A DNA stretch of 64,000 nucleotides from the human T2T-CHM13v2.0 reference genome, Homo sapiens (GCF_009914755.1 NC_060937.1), one strand, 5' to 3'; counted from the stretch's first letter, positions 1-17,935 are shown. A program made the numbers and translations. The notes: generated by a model from the letters alone, not told the origin.

Positions 1-293
1 TTGTTACCTTATATCTGTATTCTATTATTAGGATCAAACTAGGAACAAAAGAGTCCTGGCAAAAGGGCAGATGACTCCTAAGACTCATTCAAAGGGGCCC
101 TATATAGGATGTAAGATACTCTAGGCTAGCGGCCATCCCACTTCACTTCGTTATCCAGACCTGCCACAGGCTATGCTCATTGTAGTGGTGCTCTTACCAT
201 GCTATTCTAAAAGGTCAAAATTTCAACCATGATTTTCTTTCTGAAAGACCTGTAATTTTTCAGTTTTAGAAATACTGATTTACAGATTCCTGA

Positions 294-605
<312 letters not shown>

Positions 606-709
606 AGGATTCTTCTTTAATACTCAATATTCCTCATCCCAGCAACGTGAACATGGATATTCATAGTGAATGCTTACCTCTCAATGCCAGCATAGAATGG
701 AGAACATAC

Positions 710-1031
<322 letters not shown>

Positions 1032-1080
1032 TCATAAATAAGATCATCATCAGATGGTGGAAGTGTGAGGGGAAGAATAA

Positions 1081-1394
<314 letters not shown>

Positions 1395-1569
1395 ATTCTG
1401 TATAAATTCTACACATTTTTCTGTTCACATTATTAGGAATATCAAATATGCCCATTTTATTATATAATCTAGAAAGGATAACATGTGACACCTGCATAGA
1501 TGCTTCAAGTGTTATTCTACCAGTGATGCTGCTTGTTTTATCTTCCAGTTTTGAACACCAAAATCCTAG

Positions 1570-2430
<861 letters not shown>

Positions 2431-2437
2431 TAAAGTG

Positions 2438-2603
2438 CTTTTTTTTTTTTTTTCGAGATGGAGTCTCACTGCGTTACCCAGGCTGGGGGTGCAGGGGCTT
2501 GATCTCAGCTCACTGCAACCTCCGCCTTCCTGGCTCAGGTGATTCTCCTGCCTCAGCCTCCTGAGTAGCTGGGATTACAGGCATGCACCACCACGCCCGG
2601 CTA
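2438..2603 (-). mobile_element. Alu right arm only (5'-truncated)
   Basis: Right-arm sequence ends at the middle linker. Confidence 0.85.
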
Positions 2604-2732
2604 TAAAGGGTTCTTGAGTTAGGATTTAAGAAAGAGAATTTAGACTTCAGAAGTCAGAAGAGAACTCGAATTGTGGAATAAAGTAGGTGCAATTAACTTA
2701 AGTATAAATACATATTATGAAAGTCATATTTA

Positions 2733-3100
<368 letters not shown>

Positions 3101-3107
3101 TTATAAC

Positions 3108-3550
3108 AATTAGAATACTCCTGGTTAATAGTTAATAGAAAACCTTGATTTCAACTGGCTTAAACATTGGGAAACGTTATTTTACATAAACGGAAGTCCA
3201 TAGTTATGGAAGAATTCAAGACTGGTTGATATAGTAATTCAAAAATGTCATCAGATACTGAAGTTCTTCCCACTCTGCCAACTTCTGAGTATAGATTTGG
3301 TTCCCAAAGAAGGAAGAAATTTCATTTTTTCCTCTGTCTCTTTCATGGTAGTGAGAAAATATTTTCTAAAACCCCCCCAGCAGACTTTTTCTCATTGAGT
3401 CACATTCCCATTCCTAACCCAATCACTGGCGAAACAAATGGGATTATCACAATTGACTTACACCAATCACCTGGTGAGTGGAATGGATAATGAGGAGTCA
3501 ACCATAATAAACGTTACATAGCACCAAGGAACTGCTGTAGAGGCAACTGT
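3108..3550 (-). mobile_element. Old MaLR LTR fragment (MLT1K/L-like)
   Basis: aatagaaaacc..actggcttaaac..gaagtcc pattern typical of antisense MLT1; diverged. Confidence 0.5.
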
Positions 3551-3602
3551 TTCTCACCTGGACTTGCCCATGTCCTCTGCTTCCTTTGCCCTCGGATTCT
3601 GA

Positions 3603-3951
<349 letters not shown>

Positions 3952-4504
3952 AGAGTGTTTTCTTAATATAATATCTGTAGCACATTCTTATTCTTTCATT
4001 TCTGTATCTGCAATTATTAAAAATATAAATTTCAGATAAGAGTATCTTTATCAGCTTAAATTCTGTACATCTTTGCTTCTGTCCCTACTAGCTGTTAAAA
4101 ATATTTGTGCAGCACCAGACCTCAAGGAAGGGAAACTCTGTTTTAATGCCTCCTTTGCAAAAACAGGCCTTTAAAAAAAAAGATTTTCTTTGTCCTGCTG
4201 AGGAATTTGGAAGAAAGGGTAAGTGCTACCTCAAGGACTTCATTACCCCTCAAAAATGTTTTCTATGGTTATTTTGTGTATACCACTAGCAAATGTACTC
4301 TTTGGCCTCAGTAAATGTGGTTACAGCTGTCCAGTGGCTGCCTCACTGAGGTTTTGTAGTTTAACTCTTTTATGTCCAGTATGTGTGGGTGTTTTTTTAA
4401 ACTTTTTAAAAATAGAGATGGGATTTCGCTGGATTGCCCAGCCTGTGTGGGTTTTAAAGACAAAGTAGGTATATTTTAAATTTTCTTAATAAATTATAAT
4501 TCTA

Positions 4505-4844
<340 letters not shown>

Positions 4845-4974
4845 TCAGCTGGTCAAATTATAAACATTTTAATCTAATTATAAGTGAATTTTGTCTAAAT
4901 ATGATAAATAATATTTATTATTTAATAGTAAATGTTTAATGTTTAACAGTAAATAATAAAAATAATTTATCTAG

Positions 4975-5290
<316 letters not shown>

Positions 5291-6552
5291 TAATTTATGT
5301 ATGCAAATCAGCTAAAAGTGTAATTTTTTCTTATAGTTTGTATTTTAATTTATATATAATGTTACATCTAAAAGGAATTCGTTAATAAAATTTTTTCTCA
5401 TAATTTGAAATAGAACACAATGCCTTTTAATCCCCTCAAGGAAACAAATTTTTCCAAAATGCTTGATAATGTGAATTTAGATCTAAAGAAAGGCGGAAAA
5501 GCTTCTAAACTCTGATTAAGTCAGGAGAGCTTCTTTTTTATTGTCCCTTCTCACTTTTACTGGCTGTATTCATTATTCCATTTTCATTGTCCCCTTCTGG
5601 AAAGCAGGAAAACAGTGCTTCTTTGTTGGTGCTCAGGGAGACCAGGTTTAATTAAAGTCTGAAAAGCACATTTGGAAATGAGGAATGTTAAGCCAGAAAT
5701 AATTTGTGAAGTGTTTTACTCCAATCTGCATGTCACCAGTAATTGAAAGAGAAGAAAAAAGTCAAAAATTAAGGTAAAGAAATCAGGAAAATATGAAACC
5801 TAAGTCAGTTATCAACCACAATCAGGAAGAGGATTCACTGGGCACCACTTGGTGGGAAGGAAGGTGAGGTCCTGTTGGCCTTTAGACTGCTGTTCTGGAA
5901 TGTCCTATAGATGCTGCTTTGGAAAAAAAAAATATGTGGTCATCACATATAATTGAGTGAATTCTGCATAGACAGCAGTAAAAATCATCATGAACAAACA
6001 GCCTTTGCACTCACATCATGTGCATGGTTCAGTTCAAGGCAGCATTCCATGCCACTTAGCCACTTGAGGCAAGCTAATAAGTCATCTTGTGTCATGTGCC
6101 ATGTTTTCAGGAATGTCTGTTTCTCCTTGTCCTCTTCTATACAAGAGGCTACAGGCCATTTCTTTGAAATGTGTATCTAGTGCTCTAGTGTTTTTATTTT
6201 GGTTTTCTAATTGTTTTCCACATTGCATAGATTGTAAGCCTCAGAATTAATTTATCAGGCATAATATCCATTAGTGGGATTACCACTTGAGAACTGCCAA
6301 TTTTTCAATAAATTCATCAAACAATCTGTTAATTGATGAGTTGGAAGCCATTGCACTTGAAGTCATTGTAGTATTGAATCCATGAAAGATGTTGTTATTG
6401 GATGAAATTTTTGAACCCTAGAGGTTGATATTCAGTATTACTTTCACATGAAATCACTGGTATCTAGAGTATACTAGAGGGTCTTGGGAACTTGGTTTCT
6501 TGGTTTATGGGTACTTTTTTGGATATGACTTTCTTATTTTAAGAAGACTCTC

Positions 6553-6680
6553 TTTTTTTTTTCTTATAGAGACAGGGTCTTGCTATGTTGCCTGGGCTGG
6601 TCTCAAACTCCTGAACTCAAACAATCCTTCTGCTTCAGACTCCCAAAGTGCTAGGATTACAGGCATGAGCCACTGTGCCC
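6553..6680 (-). mobile_element. FLAM-type free left Alu monomer
   Basis: Single left monomer with own T tail; TSD cttattttaagaa. Confidence 0.85.
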
Positions 6681-8619
6681 TGCTCTTATTTTAAGAACAT
6701 TCTCAACCTGTAGTTGGCAACTTTTCATTGGCAACATGTCCTTGTCTACTTTTCAGGACTTTGGTATCATGAGATTTAAGCAGGGACAGTATGTTTAAAT
6801 TAACAAAGATATCAAAAAGCAAGAAAGTAATTAGAAATAAAGGGCAGTCATGGGTTAATATTTAGATTATAAGAATTTATCTCCAATAGAGACTAAGCTG
6901 TGCTCTAATTGTTCCTGAAATATCCTATGCAACAATATTTGGCTTGGAAGGGAGAACACAGGAACAGGACTGAGCAATTGAAATTAAAGCGTAAGTCTTA
7001 GCAGCCCTTTACTCACCTAAATGGCTTCTACTTTATCCTTCCTTAAAGCCAAGGAAAAAACGTTCTCAAAACTTAACTTGAGGTTTTTCCATTTTTCTAT
7101 TTTGCATTAAAAGGTATCTCACTTTATTGTTCATATCTAAAAAAATGAATACAGCTCACATGAAACAGCCCTTCACAAATTACCCTATGAGGAAAGAGAA
7201 TCTTCCTAGTACATACAAATGCACAACTTACAGCAACTGATCTATTATCATATGCCTTAAGGACACTTATAAAGTGTCACCAAATGTCAACAAAATATTG
7301 ATGGCAAGGATAATAAATAATGAAACGCTGGTGAATTTGTGTAAGATTCTGGATAGTCTATCTGAATTCAAATTAGAATGAAAGAAAGAAGATAATATTA
7401 TCCCTCCTCTTTGAATCTGCAAAAGAAAATCTTATAAAATGATTTATGAAATTCATAAAATTATGAAATGTTATGATCATTTTAGGCAATCAAGAGCAAT
7501 TAACACTATTCTCATATTACTATTTACTTCCTATATACACTAGAGACCACAAGTCTCTAGGAGGTTAGAAAAGAAGCAAGGATGTCCCATGGGACATAAA
7601 TGTCATCAGAGATAGATTAGCAAGATTCATAAAAACACAGTTTCCATTTTGTTCAAGGAACTCTTCTATCTATGATTATGAAATTAAAAATGATTGTGAA
7701 GTTGACCGATGATTATGATTTACCAAAGTTAATTTACTTACTTTTCATTGGTTGAATCTTTTTTTAGGCTAGAATTTACTCCTTTTTATATTCTAGTGAA
7801 TTATCTCTCTGTCTAATAAAATAATTGACTAACAATTTACTTATAAAATTAAAGCCTTTATTTTTTAAAAAAGCTACAAGGAAACAGTTACTAGGTTTTT
7901 CCCATTTAATAAATTATGCCACAGGAGAGAAAGGGAAAAGAGTATTTCCCTGGTTTACAAAATAAATTGCTCCCTGTTCACCAGGAAAAAATGAAAATGG
8001 AAATATGCAGTGTCATCAGTAGCAAGAATTAGTTTGTAACAGAGACATGAAAAATCTTGGCTTATATTTCTGGTTCTAGCACTGACCTATCCACAAGAAT
8101 CCTACCCCCTCCCTACTCCATATCGTTGTCTCAATAGAATGGGGTTATTACCACTTGTTCAGATGCAGTGGCATAAGCTTAAGTCCTAGAAGCATCAAGA
8201 AAATATTTCAAACAGGAACCATGGCAACCTGAGCAATGACAAGATTAACACATCTTGAACAAAAATGGAACTCCTCCTTTCAGCTTTTAGCCCCTAGAGG
8301 AAATATTTACATCTTGGATTTTGATCCTATGAATGCAAATACTGTCCAGTTATTTACAGGGTGTAACACATTTCATTTCCATTGTTATTTCAACCAAATA
8401 GGTTGGTGAACAGGAAAACAAACAATTGCACAAGCAATAGTGAGGAGGCAGTTTGAAAAAACAAGATATATTTTAGAAAGGATAAGAACTGCCTGGTCTA
8501 AGATTGGAGTTTCTCTAGGAGAGTAATAAGACATGAGGTTGAAAAAGCAGATTGGAGAGAGATTACAAAGATCCTTGAATGTCAGCCTGATAATATCAAA
8601 ACTAGTGAAAGTTTACACA

Positions 8620-8820
8620 ACACTAACTGTGTGTCAGGCATAATGCTTAGACTCCACATGGGTTTTTTAATTCATTCTTCACAACCAGGGCTGCTAATCA
8701 GTCAGTATGCACCGTTACCATGAGAACTATTGTTCTCTTTTCACAGAATTTAGAAAACTTAGATAACTTGACCAAGCTTATATAGCTGGTACTCTGATCC
8801 TGTAAGCTGAGCTCTTAGAC
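8620..8820 (-). mobile_element. MIR fragment
   Basis: tgtgtcaggcataatgct..cttcacaacca..taacttgaccaag..tatagctggt resembles antisense MIR. Confidence 0.45.
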
Positions 8821-9004
8821 TGTCAGGAGTTTGGGTTTTTTTCTACAGGTATGAGAAGTTTTTTTTAAAAGAAAGTTTATATTTTTAATCAAAATTATGT
8901 ATGCAAGAAGGGTAAACAGTTATGCAATGCTTAGTATAAAAAACAGTAGTCATCTTTTCTCCCTGTTTCCACCATTTTTTTCCTTCCAAAGACAAGTCCT
9001 TTTA

Positions 9005-9368
<364 letters not shown>

Positions 9369-9533
9369 TTATTTACCCCTAAATCTTTACACAACCCTCC
9401 TGAACCAGTGTTTCTTAATTTTGTGATATTATATATTATCTGTATTCATCATAAATGATAAAAACTTAACTCTCTTTTTCCACTTCCTTGCCTTCACCAC
9501 AAATATCATCCTTCATACAAATATGTAATTTTG

Positions 9534-9832
9534 GGCCAGGCATAGTGGGTCACATCTGTAATTCCAGCACTTTGGGAGGCTGAGGTGGGAGGATTGCTTG
9601 AGCCCAGGAATTCAAGACCAGCTGGGGCAATAAAGTGAGACCCCAGTCTCTATAAAAAAAATTTTTTTTAATTAGCCAGGTGTAATGGTGTGCACCTGTA
9701 GTCTCAGGTACTTGGGAAACTGAGGCAGAAGGATCCCTTGAGCCCAGGAAGTTAAGGTTGCAGTGAGCTCTGATCACACCACTGCACTCCAACCTGGGCA
9801 ACAGAGTGAGATCCCTGTCTCAAAAAAAAAAA
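9534..9832 (+). mobile_element. Alu (AluJ-type)
   Basis: ggattgcttgagcccagga J diagnostics; TSD gtaattttg. Confidence 0.92.
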
Positions 9833-9969
9833 AGGTAATTTTGTTAAACAATATTCACTATTTACATTATTTTAACTAGGTAAATATTATGCATAAGTGA
9901 CCCAAGTAGTATGAACCCATATTATTCCTTTTCCACTCTTGAATAACCTTTTGCTTCTCTTAGGTTTAA

Positions 9970-10286
<317 letters not shown>

Positions 10287-10534
10287 TTTTCTTGTTTCTT
10301 TAAAAAAATTTTGCTTAGTTTTCTGGCCCCAAATTGTCCTCAAGAGGTATAAATCTCCTCTTACTAGTTGAAACATGTCAGGTGCCCTATGGATTCCATA
10401 TTCTTGAAGGCATCTCTCCCAGAATCCTCTGACCTCATCCAGTTTGGACTGACTGCTATCTATGTCTAATGCTGTATCCTGGGATCTCCCTTCATCCTGC
10501 TAAGTATTCCCCTGCCTCTCTCTTTCTCAGTTTC

Positions 10535-10839
<305 letters not shown>

Positions 10840-10860
10840 TCAGATTCTCTTGATTCCTGA

Positions 10861-11172
<312 letters not shown>

Positions 11173-11985
11173 TAAATTTGCTATGTTTGGTTGGAAATAG
11201 AATCCGGGGTCGAAATGTCATTTTTCCTTAGAGTTTTGAAGGCATGTTTTCATTGCCCTCTCCTGATACCTGAAGTCAGTCTGATTCTTGATCATTTCTG
11301 TGTCATCTGTCCCTCTCACCCACTCAAAACTTTACTATCTTATCTTTGTTTTCTTTAATTTCTTCAATGATGAAGTGGTTTGGTGTGGATATGTAGTTAG
11401 CCACTGTGCTGGGAACTTGGTAGACTTTTCATTTGGAAACTCATGATTGATAACGCTCAAAAATTTTTTTGAGTTATTACTTAGATAATTTCCCCTCCTT
11501 CATTTTCTCCATTCTCTTTCTGGAAACTTTATTCAGATGCTAATCCTCCTAAACTGCTATTTTTCTTCTCTTCTCTTTTTTCTGTGTCTTTATCATTTTG
11601 TTTAACTTTCTTGGAGATTTTCTTACCTTTAATTTATAATCCTTTTACCGAGTTTTTCATTCATGTTATCATATTTGTAATTTCCAAGAGTTCCTTTTTG
11701 TTCTCTGAAATCTTTTCCCCCACTAGCTTCTTTCTTTCATGACTGAATTATCTTCTCTTATCTCTCTGAAGGTATTAATACTTTTTGTCATTTTCTTCTT
11801 CCTGAATTGTTTTTGTTTCCTCCTAGTGACTTCCACAGATGTCTATTTATTTTTGGTTCCCTGCTCTTTCTTCAGGATAGGGCATTTAGAAGGCTGACTG
11901 GGAGTTCTGTGCTATGAGTGGACCTTGTTGATTGGTAGTGGACTTTGACATTGGAAGGCTCTAGCTGGGCAGTTTCACTGGGGAG

Positions 11986-12477
11986 TGTAAAAGCTAAATT
12001 TTATGCATCAACTTGACTAAGCTATGGAGCCTTGTTGTTTGGTCAAACGCTAGGCTAGACATTGCTGTGAAGGTATTTTGTTGATATGACTAACATCAAC
12101 AATCAGTTGACTTTAAGTAAAAGAGGTTACCCTCAATAATGTGGGTGGGCCTCTTTTAATCAGTTGAAGACCTTAAGAGAAACAAAGCAAAGCAAAACAA
12201 ATTGGAGGCTTCCCAGAGAAAAGGAAATTGGCCTCAAGACTGTAACAAAGAAATGCTGCCTCAGTTTCCAGCCTCTTGGCCTGCGCTACATGTTTCAGAC
12301 TCAAGACTACTTGAGGAGTCAACTCTTGCCTGAGTTTCTAGCCTGCTGGCCAGCCCTACAAATTTTGGACTTTCCAGCTCCCATAATCACATGAGCCAAT
12401 TCTTTAAAGTAAATCTCTTAATATAAATACACATATATCCTATTGGTTCTGTTTCTCTGACAACCCTAACTGACAAA
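11986..12477 (+). mobile_element. MLT2D-like solo LTR (ERVL)
   Basis: ttttatgcatcaacttgact..gtttggtcaaac..aatcagttgactttaagtaa..cctattggttctgtttctctg; degenerate TSD gggag/aggag. Confidence 0.8.
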
Positions 12478-12528
12478 AGGAGTCTCTGCTGTCTGTATAT
12501 TTAGGGTGTTCCTCTTGAGATGGCCAGA

Positions 12529-12806
12529 TTTCTTTTCTTTTCTTTCTTTCTTTTTTTTTTTTAAGATGGAGTCTCACTCTGTTGCTCAGGCTGGAGTGCA
12601 GTGTTGTGTTCTCAGATCACTGCAGCCTCTGCCTCCCTGGTTCAAGCGATTCTTGAGCCTCAGGCTCCCAAGTAGCGGGAATTACAGGTACACGCCACCA
12701 CACCAGTCTAATTTTTTTGTATTTTTTGTAGAGATGGGGGTGTCGCCATGTTGCCCAGGCTGATCTCGAACTCCTGGGCTTAAGTGATCTGCTCACATCA
12801 GCCTCC
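12529..12806 (-). mobile_element. Alu, 5' end missing
   Basis: Antisense Alu that stops at gcctcc within the left arm. Confidence 0.88.
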
Positions 12807-13622
12807 ATAACACACTCTCAATAATCACTATTATAAAAACACAACCCATGACCTGTCCCCTAATCCTCTTCCCTTACTCTTCATTACTTTTCATAAATTC
12901 CCTAGAATTATCTCAGTCATTCTATTCCAAACAAACACTACAGAACCCTCTTTGTCTTAGTCAATTGGTCCACAGATTTTTTTCTTTTCTTTCTTTTCAA
13001 AAGTCTTGTTCTTTATTTTTATCCCCTTTGCCGCCATCATATTTTGGTCCTTCTATTGTCTCCCTTTTGGATTTTTGTATGTCTTTCTGACCCCATGGCT
13101 TTAGTTTCTGCCCCTTTAATTTATTCTGCATTTTACAGATGATCTCAGCTTCTTAAAATAAGGTTTTTTCCATGTTGTTCTCCTTTGCAGATACTTTCAT
13201 GTTAGCCTCTTGTTTAAGATGATGGATTGAGCACATATTGACTTCAAATTCTTTTCTTAAACCCCTTGAAAATGACAGTAAAATGTTTAAAATAAATAAA
13301 CCCATAAAGACAAACATCATCAACATTTTGAAAACTGTAAAGCAGATGGATGAGTGATAACTGACTCACTAGACTTGTGAAAATTGAATTCTAAACCAGT
13401 GAGGGAAGTCTGTAAGTGACCTGATTTATATCACAAAATCTCCGAGATTCTTAGGAATTGGAATCACAGGAAGCTTGGGCACTCACTGGCAAGGAACATG
13501 CAGCTGAAAACTAGCAGATAGCTTAAAAGTCTGCATAAAAAGTCATTAGATCCTTAGATTCCTACCGCTACTGCACACAGCCCCTTCTCCATCACAGCAA
13601 ACTTTCCAGTCTTTTGTAGGGC

Positions 13623-14190
13623 CAATATAGTTTGAATATATGCCCTTGCCAAATGTCATGTTGAACTGTAATCCCCAATGCTGGAGGTGGAGCCTGGAGG
13701 GAGGTGTTTGGATTATGGGGGCAGATCCTTTATGTCTTGCTGCTGTCCTCGAAATAGTGAGTGGAGTTCCTGGGAGATCTGGTTGCTTAAAAGTATGTGG
13801 CACTGGCCGGGCGCGGTGGCTCACGCCTGTAATCTCAGCACTTTGGGAGGCCGAGGCGGGTGGATCACGAGATCAGGAGATTGAGACCATCCTGGCTAAC
13901 ACGGTGAAACCCCGCCTCTACTAAAAATACAAAAAAATTAGCCGGGCTTGGGTGGCGGGCGCCTGTAGTCCCAGCTACTAGGGAGGCAGGAGAATGGCGT
14001 CAACCCAGGAGGCGGAGCTTGCAGTGAGCCGAGATCTCACCACTGCGCTCCAGCCTGGGTGACAGAGCAAGACTCCGTCTCAAAAAAAAAAAAAAAAAAA
14101 AAAAAAAGTATGTGGCACTTGTCTCTCTTGCTCCTGCGCTGGCCATGTGGCATGCCTGCTCCCACTTCACCTTCTGCCATGAGTACAAGC
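13623..14190 (+). mobile_element. MSTA-like LTR, 3'-truncated, split by an AluY
   Basis: aaatgtcatgttgaactgtaatccccaatgctggaggtggagcctgg..ttgctcctgcgctggccatgtg. Confidence 0.75.
13805..14107 (+). mobile_element. AluY
   Basis: accatcctggctaacacgg, agaatggcgt, gcggagcttgcag diagnostics; perfect TSD aaaagtatgtggcact; long pure A tail. Confidence 0.95.
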
Positions 14191-14328
14191 TGAGCCATAA
14201 TGCAAGCAAGAGCTGGTTCCAAGGCATATAGTTAGGCAATTGGAGTGAATGGAGCAACTAGCCAAGGATTCATGTGGAGTCACTTTCAAGAACCAGAACT
14301 CCAGAGGGTCTTAGGTCACACTCGTAAC

Positions 14329-14451
14329 TTTTTTTTTTTTTTTTCAGGTCAGGCAGGTAATGTGCTGACATTGTAACAAGGTTTGAGGGTGGTACATTTC
14401 ACACACATGTGTGAAACACCCAACCATCATCCTCATGAACTACAAAAGGAT
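14329..14451 (-). pseudogene. SNORD13: U13 snoRNA (SNORD13) processed retrocopy with poly(A) tail
   Basis: Reverse complement of 14347-14451 reads ATCCTTTTGTAGTTCATGAGGATGATGGTTGGGTGTT..CCTTGTTACAATGTCAGCACATTACCTGCCTGACC, collinear with human U13 as I recall it; followed by TGA and A16 (T tract 14329-14344); box C altered to ATGATGG, box D CTGA kept. Confidence 0.92.
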
Positions 14452-14453
14452 CC

Positions 14454-14760
14454 TTTTTTTTTTCTTTTTTTTTTTTTTGAGACAGGATCTCACTCAGTTG
14501 CCCAGGCTGGAATGCAGTGGTATGATTGCAGCTCACTGCAGCTGCAACCTCCCCAGGCTCAGGTGATTCTCCCACCTCAGCTTTCTGAGTAACTTGGACT
14601 ACAGGCTTGAGCACCATGCCTGGCTAATTTTTGTATTTTTTATAGAAACAGGGTTTCACCATGTTGCCCAGGCTAGTCTTGAACTCCTGGGCTCAAGAGA
14701 TCTGCCTGCCTTAGCCTCCCAAAGTGTTGTGATTACAGGCATGAGCCACTGCACCCAGCC
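14454..14760 (-). mobile_element. Alu (AluJ-type) abutting the U13 copy
   Basis: Antisense dimer with J diagnostics (ctgggctcaag). Confidence 0.92.
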
Positions 14761-14840
14761 CACACTTACATCTTTAAGTAATTTAGCATCTGGACTTGGT
14801 TGTAACAAAGCCCAGTTGGAGTCACACTCTGGTATCTGGT

Positions 14841-15535
14841 TGCTATGATTTGAATGTCCCCTCCAAAACTCATGGAGAAATTTATTTATTTAATTTATTT
14901 ATTTATTTATTGAGACAGAGTCTTCCTCTGTCACCCAGGTTGGAGTGCAGTGTCATGATTTTGGCTCACTGCAACCTCTGCCTCCTGCATTCAAGTGATT
15001 CTTCTGCCTCAGCCTCCCCAGTAGCTCTGATTACAGGCACATGCCCCCACGCCCTGCTAATTTTTGTATTTTTAGTAGAGACGGGGTTCCACCATGTTGG
15101 CCAGGCTGGTCTTGAACTCCTGACCTTGTCATCTGCCCACCTCAACCTCCTAAAGTGCTGGTATTAAGGTGTGAGCCACTTTGCTGGGCCTCATGTTGAA
15201 ATTTAATTGCCACTGTGACAGCGTTAATAGGTGGAACTCTTAAAAGGTGATTAGGTCATGTGGGGCTCCACCCCTAGGAACAGTTTAATGTTGTTATCAT
15301 CGGAATGGGTTCCTGGTTAAAGTTTACTCCCCTCTTGCCCTTTCTTGCTCTCTTGTGCTCTCTTACCCTTCTACCTTCCTCCATGAGATGACACAGCAAG
15401 AAGGCCAGTACAAGATGCCAGCCCCATGTTCTTGGATGTTCCAACCTCCAGAACCATGAGCCAAATATATTTCTATTGTTTATAAATTACCCAGTCTGTG
15501 GTATTCTGTTACAGTAACACAAAATGGGTAAGATA
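14841..15535 (+). mobile_element. MST-family (MSTC-like) 5' LTR, split by an Alu
   Basis: tgctatgatttgaatgtcccctccaaaactcatg..ttataaattacccagtctgtggtattctgttacag. Confidence 0.85.
14880..15190 (-). mobile_element. Alu (AluS-type)
   Basis: TSD ctcatg(ga/tt)gaaattta inside the LTR. Confidence 0.92.
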
Positions 15536-17243
15536 GAAAATTGTTATGGAGAAATGGGGCTGTTGCTTTAACAAATACCTGAAAATGTGGAAGCAGTTTG
15601 AACTGGTAATGGATAGAGCCTGGAAAAATTTAGAGGAAAAGCCTAGAAAAAGCCTTTGTCTTGAATGGAGCATTAAAAGCAATTCTGGTGAAATCTCAGA
15701 AGAAGACAAGGGATGTAGGAAAAGTCTGGAATTTCTTAGAGATTACTAAGTTGTCATGATCAGAATGTTGGCAGAAATATGAATAGTAAGGGCTGACACT
15801 GAGGAACAAGTATTGGAAACTAGAGTAAAGGCCGTCTTTGTTATAAACTGGTAAAGAATTTGGCTGAATTTTATCTATGCCCTAAGCCTTTATGGAAGGT
15901 GGAATTTAAGAGTGATAAACTAAGATATGCAGTGGAAGAAATTTCTAATTAAAACATTAAAGGAGCTATGTGGCTACTTTTAACCACGTACAGCAAGATA
16001 TGAGAGGAAAAAAGTGATGTGAAGTTGGAATTTATAATTAAAAGAAAAGCATAAGTCACCATAGTGTCTGTGGGGGGGGGGGAAAAAAGAGAGAGAGAGA
16101 GAGACAGAAGCAGAATAAAAAGACTTTGAAGAAATTCAGCCTGGCTACATAAAGGATGAACAAACATGTTGGGAGAGCAAACCAAGCATGTGGCCAAGTG
16201 ACTGTTTGCTAAGTAGATTAATACATGGATGGAAGAGATCATCAAGACAATAGGAGAAAGACACTGAAGGCATTTCAGAGATCTTGGAGACAGCTTCTCC
16301 CATTACAGCCCCAGAGATCTAGGAGGGCAGAATGGTTTCGGGAGATGGGCCTGGGGTACCCTCCACGGACTTGCTGCTCAGAGCTGCCTCAGATCTCTGC
16401 TCCCTGCATTCTGGTGCAGTGTTCCTGGACTGCCCCAACCATGGCTCAAGTGGGCCCAGATACATTTTGACCTGCTGCTCTGGAAGGAACAAGCCAGAAA
16501 CCTTGGCAGTGTCCATGTGGTTCTAATTCCGCAGACAAGCAGAATGCTAGAGCTGTGGGGGCATGGCTTCCTCCACCTTGATTTCAAAGGATGTTGCAGA
16601 TAGGCTGGGGGTCGAGGGAGACACTTGTTGCAAGGGTGGAGTCACCACAGAAAGCTTCCACTAGGGCATTGTCAAGCGGAAATGTGGGGTCAGAGCTGCC
16701 ACAGAGAGTCTCCACTAGGGCAGTGCCTACTGGGGCCATGAAAGTGGGGCCAGTCCTAAAACCCTAGAACTGTAGAGCTACCAGCTTGCAGCACCAGCTT
16801 CAGGGAGCTATAGGCACAGGACTCCAACCTATGAGAACTGCTGGGCAGACTGAGTCCAACAAAGCCATAGGAGTTGGACTGCCTGCGGCATTGGGAGGAC
16901 CATATCCCACCCCAGTGTGCCCAGGATGCGGGACATGGTGTCAAAGGAAATTATGCTGGAGCTTTAAGAAGACTGGATGTTGTTCCCCTGGTTAGCTTTT
17001 GGACTTGACATGGGACCTATTGGGTCCATGTAACTTGTTAATTTTACAGGCTCACAGCTGGAGAGTAATTGGTCTCAGGATGAATTGTGCTTTTAGGCTT
17101 ACCCATAGCTAACTTAGAGGAGACCCTGGACTTTGGATTTTTGAGTTAACGCTGGAATGAGTGAAAAATTTGAGGGCTGTTGTGATGGGATGAATGTATT
17201 TTGTATGTGAGAAAGACATAAGTTTTGGGGGACTAATGAAGAA
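15536..17243 (+). mobile_element. MST internal sequence (MaLR-int), degenerate
   Basis: Starts gaaaattgttatggagaaatggggc..atacctgaaaatgtggaagcag; ends tattttgtatgtgagaaagacataagttttggggg before the 3' LTR. Confidence 0.85.
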
Positions 17244-17292
17244 TGCTAGTGTCTGAATGTCCCTCCAAAACTCATGTTGAAATTTCATTGCT

Positions 17293-17935
<643 letters not shown>

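Noticed and set aside
6745-6835. Possible micro-exon after ctacttttcag
   Set aside because: Only weak donors (gtatgt, gtaatt) and no recognisable peptide.
8828-8855. ttttttctacag|gtatga as a recursive splice site
   Set aside because: Matches the common decayed L2 motif gagtttgg..tt..aggc/t; likely coincidental.
13230-13600. Possible HAL1/L1M 5' fragment
   Set aside because: Resemblance too weak to call without a Dfam search.
15546-16995. Cluster of short ORFs (e.g. MEKWGCCFNKYLKMWKQ..)
   Set aside because: They lie in the decayed MST internal region and are broken by stops and frameshifts; no intact retroviral ORF.
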